Source: Octopus sinensis (lineage: Eukaryota). Taken from it: a DNA stretch of 64,000 nt. Location: the NCBI RefSeq assembly GCF_006345805.1, contig NC_043008.1, forward strand, positions 18,228,001 to 18,292,000. Direction: 5' to 3'. A program made the position numbers and the translations under genes. The notes beneath the pieces are model-generated. The model saw nothing but the letters and a program-made list of their open reading frames with translations, was not told the origin of the DNA and did no database searches. Positions within the stretch are counted from its first letter, which is position 1, and each line of letters opens with the position of its first letter. Positions 54,392 through 64,000 of this stretch are shown one piece after another.

Positions 54392-54672
54392 TGCTTTTGA
54401 GTGTTCATGGATGCATATGAATGTAGGCAAAGATCTTCCTCTAGCCATCTTCAGTCTTACCAAGTTTTCCCCCTTACTTTCCCCCACCTCTCCTTTTCGT
54501 TATTCTTATTCTTTTTCTTAACAACATCGGACATTTTCCAACTCCCATTCCTTATTTTTCCACGCCTATGCTTTTCTCTTTTGTTCTCTCACTCCTTGCT
54601 TTCCACTCATTTTCGATCAAATTTCCTGCGAGTCAACTTCAGATGCCTGGACAACAGTGTAATCTTCATTCA

Positions 54673-54784
54673 ACTCAGGTAACTTCAGACTGATGAGTAG
54701 CTAGTGAAGGACACCTCACTGAATAATTAATACTTCTGAGGTTCTGCTTGTTAGGAAACATATGTAGCCTGGCTTTTCCTGAGT
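54673..54784 (+). ncRNA. Degenerate type I hammerhead-like motif with long stem II
   Basis: CTGATGA 54690-54696, GAAA 54755-54758, palindromic ACATATGT, GTA triplet, distal stem I ACTCAGG/CCTGAGT; proximal stem I and the 10.1-11.1 pair are imperfect. Confidence 0.4.
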
Positions 54785-55050
54785 CCTTTCTATAAATTTG
54801 TTTCTTTATTCGCATGCATAGCTACCTTAGTTGCTAACCGTGAACTATAAAATAATTTCTTTCTGCTTATCGAACTTCCATATGGAAAATAAATTGCAAC
54901 CCTCTACGTTAATTAACCCCTATTGTTCCTAGAAGTTGTTTTTTAAACCTTCTGCGGACTGATCAAAGCTCACTCGCCTACTGCACCTGGATCCTTGGAT
55001 CTTACTTTTACATATCATTATATACATACATAATACATTTTACATATATA

Positions 55051-55081
<31 letters not shown>

Positions 55082-55449
55082 CCAGAAATACGTGTGTGCA
55101 TGTGTAGCTATGTGTTTGCCTAAATATACTACTGGATAGATACAATTGAAGTTTAACAGAGGTTAGTTCTCTAATTGGTAGTTTTTGGAGTCGATTGCTT
55201 AAAGCAACCAGGGAAAATGTTGAAATATAGTCGAAGCAGAATGGATGGCTATACCTTCCGTCAGTAAATGAACTGAGTGCAATATTTAATAGTGAGAAGA
55301 CATATGCACATTTTTCAGTCAATATTTAGAGCATTTATATAAGCATTATATAAGCATATGGCGTAGTATAAGTGATCCGTTGCTCATTTAAAATAGTTAT
55401 CTGTCGGGCATTAACTTAGAAAGTTTCATGATTTGACTTGGAACTTTCG

Positions 55450-55925
55450 ATTGCGCTAAGTCAGAATTAAGCTACCCTGTGGTGGAACATGATTAGACGA
55501 GCGATTTAAATATTAATTCAAACGAAGTTATATGAGAGCCAATGAGTCGTGTGCTAAATACAGGTAACGGAAAGAATATGAAGGTAGAAATTTGCGGAAG
55601 ATATCTTTAAATAGTTGACCGTTTTTGTAGCTATATTCATTCTTAAATATAAAGATAGAGAGTAAAATTGTAAAAACTAGGGAAAAGTAATCGTTTTCTC
55701 ATTGCAAGGATTGTGAACAGTGCACAGAGTGTTAGGAAAAGACACCATTTTTCGGTTATCAGAAAGTTCAAGAATATATTAATGCATTTCAAAAGAAATA
55801 CATTGCAACACCAGCTGATAAGGCTGAAGGGGATTTTGTAATTATTTGTAAAGTGTACTATTTAATGGTGCTAGATGATGAAATAGTGTTGGAAGATGAG
55901 TTAGTACTTGATATTGTGAATGATT
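55450..55925 (+). pseudogene. Penelope-like element N-terminal/RT-proximal relic
   Basis: H..TSDLNINSNEVI.EPMSR (cf. GHVITGDLNII.N..LR.LMSKG) and KYIATPADKAEGDFVIICKVYYL (cf. PADKA.NN...ICK.YY). Confidence 0.6.
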
Positions 55926-55975
55926 TAATATGAAAAATATTCCCTGAGCTGTAAAAGTTGAGTGGATTCAGCGGA

Positions 55976-56801
55976 GATATATAGATTTTCCTATTCCTTA
56001 AAGGATATATTTGGTAGGAAAGCGTCAGCCTGTCTAGCAAATTGAAAGAGATTTCTTCTGCAATTTCTATATCCTTGTGGACTTTTCGATCATACTTCCC
56101 TTTCAGTGGGATGTGTTCTAGAGTATCAGTCTTCTCATTTTAAACGTAGATTTTAATGCTTCTTATACGTTTCATTTTGACAAATCTGTAAAGTATTTTT
56201 GGATGGCAAATTTGAATAATTTTTCCTATAACATACGAATAGGTACATTTCGAGCGCCAAAAAGTGACCCAATAAATGTCTATATTATTTGGTGAGTCAT
56301 TAAATTTTCTCAGGTTATCATTTTGTGATTTTGCAAATGATTTTTTTTTCAACAAGTGTATTAATTTATTATGAACTATTAGGTCTAGTAAGAGGCAAAA
56401 AATTAATTAGCTTCTACCATGAAGTGTGTGCTTGCTAATCGTTCATACTAAACTAATCTTTTATTTTGTATTTAACAGTTATGTTTCTACATTAATTTAT
56501 TCCCAAATGATTGGCAATTTATGCCTCATAGTTAAAAGGATCTGTAATTTCATTGGTTTATATTTATTTCGTTTTGCTTTGGTATTTTAAATATGTTTGT
56601 GAGTACTTTCGTTTCCATGTGTTTGTTTTAGTCAATTTATATGTATTTTTCAGTAAAAAATTCGTTTAAATATATTTTCTCCAATTAATGTTTATATTTG
56701 ATAGCTATTAGTCTACATTGGTTAAAACTATGTCACGTTATTTTAATGTTTTCGTGTTTTAAATATCTATTATATATATATATATATACATATATATGCA
56801 T

Positions 56802-56857
<56 letters not shown>

Positions 56858-56915
56858 TATATACATATATATATATATACACACATATATATACACACAC
56901 ACATATATATACACA

Positions 56916-57004
<89 letters not shown>

Positions 57005-57495
57005 TTGGATAGCAATGGCTATTAGTATATGTTCTATAATTAAAACACATGCTTACGGATCTAGTTTATTTTTTAGGTTATTAATATTTTGCTTTATGAG
57101 GTGGTAACGTGTATTTTGACTATTTTCAATAAGTTTTGTTCGATATGTTCTGTTAGCTAATTAGTTTAAAGTTTTTGTTTCTAATTTGTATAATTCTTTG
57201 GGTGGTAATACCTATTTTGAGTGAGGGTGTATGTTGTATTCTTTACCCCTGTCCTTTGTGGTTTTAGATATATAATGATATATAGATTTTCCTATTCCTT
57301 AAGGGATATATTTGGTAGGAAAGCGTCAGCATGTCTAGCAAATTGAAAGAGATTTCTTCTGCAATTTCTATATCCTTGTGGACTTTTCGATCCTATTTCC
57401 CTTTCAGTGGGATGTGTTCTAGAGTATCAGAGTCTTCTCATTTTAAACGTAGATTTTAGTGATTCTTATACGTTTCATTTTGACAAATCTGTAAA
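55976..57495. repeat. ~217-bp direct repeat pair (55976-56192 and 57277-57495)
   Basis: Near-identical with a few substitutions and one 2-nt indel; period 1301 bp. Confidence 0.9.
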
Positions 57496-60400
57496 TTGAC
57501 CAACAGATATAGCTAGCTAACCGGTGGATATGTTTTATCTTTGTTAGCATTGAACAGTCGGAAATCACTTAATGGATAGTTTCATTACGTTGACTATGTA
57601 GTTGCTGGTGCCATTAATATTGTTTAATTAAATTATTTCAATGGATCTTCTTGACTAGGCATTGATCTGTAATTTGTATAGAGCTTTTCCTACAGTCAAT
57701 TCGATTAACACTTCCCTCATCCAGAATGAACGAGGAAATGTCAATGCAAAATAGCATTACTATTGGTATTGCAATTTCTCTTAAATTCTTTTTCACCAAA
57801 ATCGAGACGTAGAAACACTAGACTGTCCATGAAAATTATCAGATTTTAAAATAATAGTTATAGCAAATATTAGTAAATTATATACATTTAATTTCATTTC
57901 ATTCATAGTGAAAGTCCTTTATCACCCCACATTAACTCTATTGTGGATAACTGAGTTGAGATATTTGATAAAATTCAGTTTCATTTCACTGATTCATTGT
58001 TTCTTGTCAAATATTTTCTTTCATTATTCTACCTAATATAAATCTTCATACGGAATTCCAGCTTCAGTTAGATTAATTACTGGTGATGTTAATGTACTAA
58101 CAAATGTAAATAAAAAAATATCTTTCTTGTATAGCCCACTATTAAATGATACTAACCAGCATGCTTGACATTTGAATAAAGCTCCGGCTTAGTTTGATTT
58201 GTAACAATAAAGTTCAGCTTCTGGGCCCCAAAAGCAAGAACCAAATGCATTCGACCATATTAAAACTTTGCTTAATTTTTCTGCTGTGGTTTACTCAGTA
58301 CAATCGTAACCAATATTTCTCTTGCATGTTTTAACAAATATTTGAAGGTTGCTTCTTAGGGTATATAAATCGAAGCCGATAATTCAGTGTGGCGTTCCTG
58401 CCGCAGTTAGAAGTAATACACTGCTGGCAGCTTCAACCATTCAAGTTTATACATATGTAAAACCATTTAAAATATATGTGAAGTAGTACAATTCTGCCCA
58501 AAATCTATGAAATACATTTGTTACTGTATGGGATATCCATATAAAACGAACTTTCCACATTTGGTTCTTCATCTTCTTCAATTCTTCAATTATCAATATA
58601 TATTGTTGCTGTGACATATTGACGTATTTTCGCTCGAAAGACGATATTCAATTCAATAATAGTTTTGATGTACATGTTCACTCCTCGAGTATGAATATAA
58701 ATCATTTTATAAATCATTTCCATTATCAACATTATAGAGGGTTGGTTTTGCAGGTATTACATTATATTATGCAGAGAATTGCTCACTGATTTACGTAAAA
58801 TAACAATTATACTTGTGTACTGTCTCCAGGCTCAGAATATCTTTTATATGCCATTTTAGTGAGTGTTTTTTGTTTTCCTTTTCTCTTTTTGTTCCATTGA
58901 AAACTAACGAGGTTACATTTCATAAGTATATTCTGTTGTAGTTCACCACATCTGTTAAGATGTTAATGTTTCTTTTGTCACATTCCAAAACTCTCTTTCA
59001 TCATGCTATTCACTTCCACCTATTTTACATCAATACTTTTTTTTTCCTGCTGAGCAAGATACTTTACCTATCAGTTGTCAAGTGACCGAATTGTTGATTA
59101 TTGGGAAGTGGTTTTCTATCTTTCTCGCCTCCAGATTTTCATCTTTAATTTATTTTTATCTCTATTGCTCTGTCCGAAGTCGACATTTGTTAAATGTTCT
59201 GTAATTCTCCATATTAGTTCTACCGTTACTACTATCACGGCGTTACCGTATCAATGTAGTTACTATTGACAATATCTACAGATCGATCAGAAAACGTTGA
59301 TGACTGACTGGTATTATCAATATTTAGAAATTGCCTTGTGTAGAAGAATTTTTGTTGTTCAAAGACATTTGAGGAAAACTCACTTCGTCTTTATTTTTTT
59401 CATATCTGAAGTATATTTTCCATCATTATATTGGACAATATACTTCAGAGAATATTCTCTTTTAAGGCGGCAAGCTGTCAGAATCGTCAGCAGGCCGCGG
59501 AAAATACTTCGTAACATTCCGTCAGTCGTTACCAATTACGCACTGGGGTAGATGCAATCGACTATCCGGCCCACCAACCAATTTCAGGCCTTGTTCCTAC
59601 AGTAGAAAGGAATATGATTTAAACTATTATAGTGTGACAGAAATAACGGGTTCAAATTTTGACATCAGGCTAGCAAAATTTAGACGAGAACTACAGCAGA
59701 TTACAACGACTCCTGTACCTGGGTAGTAGATATTTTATCGACGTTGAAAGAATGAAATGCAAAGTTGTGCTCAGCAGCAGCTGGACTCGAAACGGATAGA
59801 CCCGGTAAAAATACCGCTGGTCATTTTATCCGATGCGTGAATAAGCCTGCCATTTCGCCAATTTTGTGTATGAATGAAATAGTGAAATCGCATAATACTG
59901 CGCTTAATACGGTTATGATCGCCACAACTTCACTACTCAGACAGGAATCTACGAGTACGTTCTACTAATATCATTAAAGACACTGTTTTATATTGTCCCC
60001 TGTTGTTTGCTTAAGTTATACTTTTCCGATAAATTAAGGTAGGGGTTTTAATGAATTTAAGAATAAAGATAAAACTAAATAATTCCCGACCATGTCTTCT
60101 CTGGATGGGATTATACTTGCGTTTATACGTTTTTGAAATGTGTCTTAACCACAATCACAACACGATACCCTCTTGATAAGGACGCTTCCACTCCCTCATC
60201 GCTTGTGATTTTATCTCAACCCACACCATCTTAAATTACTTTTATAGGAATTGTGTTAGTACAAACTCAACATTGCATTGCCAGAAGTTTTACTCCTTAT
60301 AGATTTATTATATTACATTGTTCAAGAGTTGCTTGAATATTGATAACATTTGTATTTCCTAGTTGTGTTTGTGCAGATAGTATCAATACATTTTCACTGA

Positions 60401-61189
60401 GGCAATATACGTAGAATATACAAATATGCAATTGTATACACACTGTGTGTAAGTATTTTGTGAACATCGTATCTTAATCAAAATATGACCACCATACATA
60501 AAATATATTTCGTATTATATGCCTCTATTCTGTTAGTCGCAGATAAGTTCCATAGATTGTGTATGTGCATTTATATAATACTTATTGCTGAGAGTATGTT
60601 CACTCTGTCGACTTTCAAATAATTTCTTGACTGACATTACTGTATATCGATACATATATTATTGGAAAGTTTATGTGAAATGCTACGATTACAATAATAA
60701 TACTTACTTAGAAAATAAAAAAGAAAGCTTTGCCATTTTACTGACAACCAAATTTACAATAACACTTTCTTTTCCTTATCTTTTCGAAGAAAAGCAAGAG
60801 TCAATTCTTCTGCATCATTTTTCCCTATCTTAACTGGCCCTAACTCTATAGCTGACGTAATCTTCGGTTATATACGTTAGGATATAATACATATGGCATA
60901 TTAGTAACACACAAGTATCTATGGCCAGGCAAAATCACAAACCAATTTCAGAGTTACGTCATACAGTGGATATCGAATCAAAGATTGACCATCCATAGTA
61001 GAACAGAAATGTAAGAGCCATTTACTACAAAACTGATGCTATACTTTAAGTAAATTTAACCCAACGAAAAGTACCATAGCACCGTGTTATGTCGCATGTT
61101 GGGATGCCTTCTACTCAACTCGACTCTACTACTCTCTTCTGTCTACGACTGCTAGAATTCTCCCTCTATATCTACGTATTGGGCTAGTC

Positions 61190-61559
61190 CAGTGGTTAGG
61201 GCAGCGGACTCGCGGTCGTAGGATCGCGGTTTCGATTCCTAGACCGGGCGTTGTGAGTGTTTATTGAGCGAAAACACCTAAAAGCTCCACGAGGCTCCGG
61301 TAGGGATGGTGATGATCCCTGCTGTACTCTTTCACCACAACTTTCTCTCACTCTTACTTCCTGTTTCTGTTGTACCTGTATTTCAAAGGGCCGGCCTTGT
61401 CACTCTCTGTGTCACGCTGAATATCCCCGAGAACTACGTTAAGGGTACACGTGTCTGTGGAGTGCTTATCCACTTACACGTTAATATCACGAGCAGGCTG
61501 TTCCGTTGATCGGATCAACCGGAACCCTCGTCGTCGTAACCGACGGAGTGCTTCCATCC
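61190..61559 (+). mobile_element. tRNA-derived SINE with 12-nt TSD
   Basis: ATTGGGCTAGTC at 61178-61189 and 61560-61571; head and middle shared with 42072-42378, different tail ending in CCATCCA. Confidence 0.8.
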
Positions 61560-62179
61560 ATTGGGCTAGTCTACTTCATCGTCTTGGGGTGTATACACAA
61601 CACACCGGATGTTTAGTTGCTTTTAAATTATACAGAGGAACAGACAGACAAGCGTTAATATTATAGGGATGGTTACCAATTCAGCAGCACAAATAATTAA
61701 TCACACAGATCAATCGTTTTAAATTATCTTTGCGTTAATTCACTCAGCGTATCGAAATGTGTACAAAACTTATTCATGAGTGTAGGAGAGCAACACTCAT
61801 AAAGACTTGTGGCTATGTGTCTTGCGGCAGTAAAACAGGTACCAGTAATATAATGTGTTTAATACTGTAGAATGCTCATCTATGAAATAATCTTGAACTC
61901 ACTGGAAGTAATTCCATAAATGTAGAACTGAAATGATTCGTAGAGTCATATATTATCCTGTTACAGAATAAAGAAATCATTATTAATTGGATGTATGGGT
62001 GTGTAATAGTATGAATGCGTGTGGGAATATATATGCATATAGCTATATATACATGTGTGTAAGTGTATGCGTAAGTATGTGTATTCATATATATATATAT
62101 ATATGTAAATAGACATATGTAGATATATATGTAAATATGTTTGTATATATATATATATATGAATATGTAAATATGTTTG

Positions 62180-62197
<18 letters not shown>

Positions 62198-62221
<24 letters not shown>

Positions 62222-62513
62222 AAGGGAGAAAGAGAGACATATATATATATATAGTGTGAAATAGAGAGATAGATAGATATAGATATATACATATATGTAT
62301 ATACACATATAAGTAAATATTTTGGATATACATAAATATATGTGTTTATGTATATACTTATATATTGCATGTGTGTGTATAAATATCTATATATTTGCGT
62401 GTGTGTGTGCATACGTATATCTATATATATATATGCATATAAATATATGCATTATATACATATATATGCGTATATATGTGTGTGTATATATATATATGTA
62501 TGTATTATGTATG

Positions 62514-62549
<36 letters not shown>

Positions 62550-62573
62550 ATATGTATGTATGTATTATGTATG

Positions 62574-62611
<38 letters not shown>

Positions 62612-62901
62612 AAGGGAGAAAGAGAGACATATATATATATATAGTGTGAAATAGAGAGATAGATAGATATAGATATATACATATATGTATATACACATAT
62701 AAGTAAATATTTTGGATATACATAAATATATGTGTTTATGTATATACTTATATATTGCATGTGTGTGTATAAATATCTATATATTTGCGTGTGTGTGTGC
62801 ATACGTATATCTATATATATATGCATATAAATATATGCATTATATACATATATATGCGTATATATGTGTGTGTATATATATATATGTATGTATTATGTAT
62901 G

Positions 62902-62946
<45 letters not shown>

Positions 62947-62960
62947 CATATATATATATA
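62198..62960. repeat. Tandem duplication (390-bp period) of a compound microsatellite
   Basis: AAAGGGAGAA anchor at 62221 and 62611. Confidence 0.85.
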
Positions 62961-64000
62961 CATACATATATATGTATGTATGTATTTATGTATGTATGCA
63001 TGCATGTACGTACGTATGTTCGTATGTATACGAAAATCTATTTGGAAACTTCAAATATTACACTAAGACATTTCATTTCTTTAAAAGCATGTCAATTGAC
63101 TTCTATGAAAAGCAGAAGATATAGAAAAGCTATAAATCAACGCTATACGAAAGATTAAATCAAAGCAAAATATATCTAGTAAAGTAGGAATTTTGTTTTA
63201 GAATATAAAAATGTAATATATTGTAATGTTTCTCATACTGCAACACTCAGATAGTCATTCGATACCCTGTGGATATGTGTACGTAGTTTGATGTATACAA
63301 ACACATCTCTGGAAAGGATCTGAGAGTGAAATAGTTATAATATATTTTATTAAACTAATGGAAATATTTTACATTCTCTATGAAGTGATGTGTTTCCCTT
63401 TATATCACGGGACATATTTTGAAAATATAATGACACCTGAATACTTAATACTGTGACATTGTTTACAACATATCATAAATCATACACATTCACATTCAAG
63501 TACTCTATTACCTCTATATTGTGAATATCTATCATTACACTTCAGCTGAAGCTCGTGATTTATAAGCAAAACATTATAAAGAAATATGTATAGCAGGTAA
63601 AATCGCAGCGAACGGTGACAACCATGCGGGTTCAAGTCACTGGCGCAGATAATACATATTTTATAGACCGCTAGGGAAACATTAATTTAAAAGAAATTGG
63701 GAACTACAAAATTGTTAATGTGTATGTCAAAATACATTCTGATATTTGTCCCAGCTTTCTATGTTTTGTATTCAAATTCCGCAGAGTCTAACATTCGTTA
63801 TTTCGATATCTGTATAAAATTGAACCAGTCCTAAGTAGTGGACTGAAATAAATTTTGACAGGATCAGATACAATGATTAGAGATACGTGTTCCTGTTATT
63901 TGAGTTCTATATTCTTGTGAGAAGACTTAATGTCACTCGATTTAAGAGTTCCATTTTCTTCTTGGCTGCTTTTAACTTAGCTTAAGCTCCTGTATGCATT

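Noticed and set aside
54643-54678. 36-nt AG/GT-bounded micro-exon (MPGQQCNLHSTQ)
   Set aside because: Short, could be chance, and overlaps the hammerhead-like stem; no independent support.
57500-58560. Possible hAT-like transposase relic on minus
   Set aside because: Fragments such as TTAEKLSKVL and FIVTNQ lie in different frames; no TIRs seen.

Overview
AT-rich, microsatellite-dense eukaryotic DNA. The SINE families and repeat landscape suggest an octopod cephalopod genome (inferred, not provable here). No complete protein-coding gene is recognisable and nearly all ORF-track entries are microsatellite translations. The window is mostly mobile elements: three groups of tRNA-derived SINEs (one occurs as TSD-flanked multimers), relics of Penelope-like (PLE), RTE, CR1 and Tx1/L1-like retroelements, a mariner relic, a Helentron-type non-autonomous element and a MITE. 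The most notable feature is at 14785-16220: a near-identical, non-coding, hairpin-rich ~472-nt unit present as a tandem dimer plus an inverted third copy. Each copy carries a type I hammerhead ribozyme, so the array looks like a retrozyme. It sits in (TA)n, and its central junction contains a 37-nt patch identical to DNA 1.5 kb away. Five further hammerhead-like motifs from other, probably PLE-related, families occur at 16.8, 47.2, 48.1, 50.5 and 54.7 kb.
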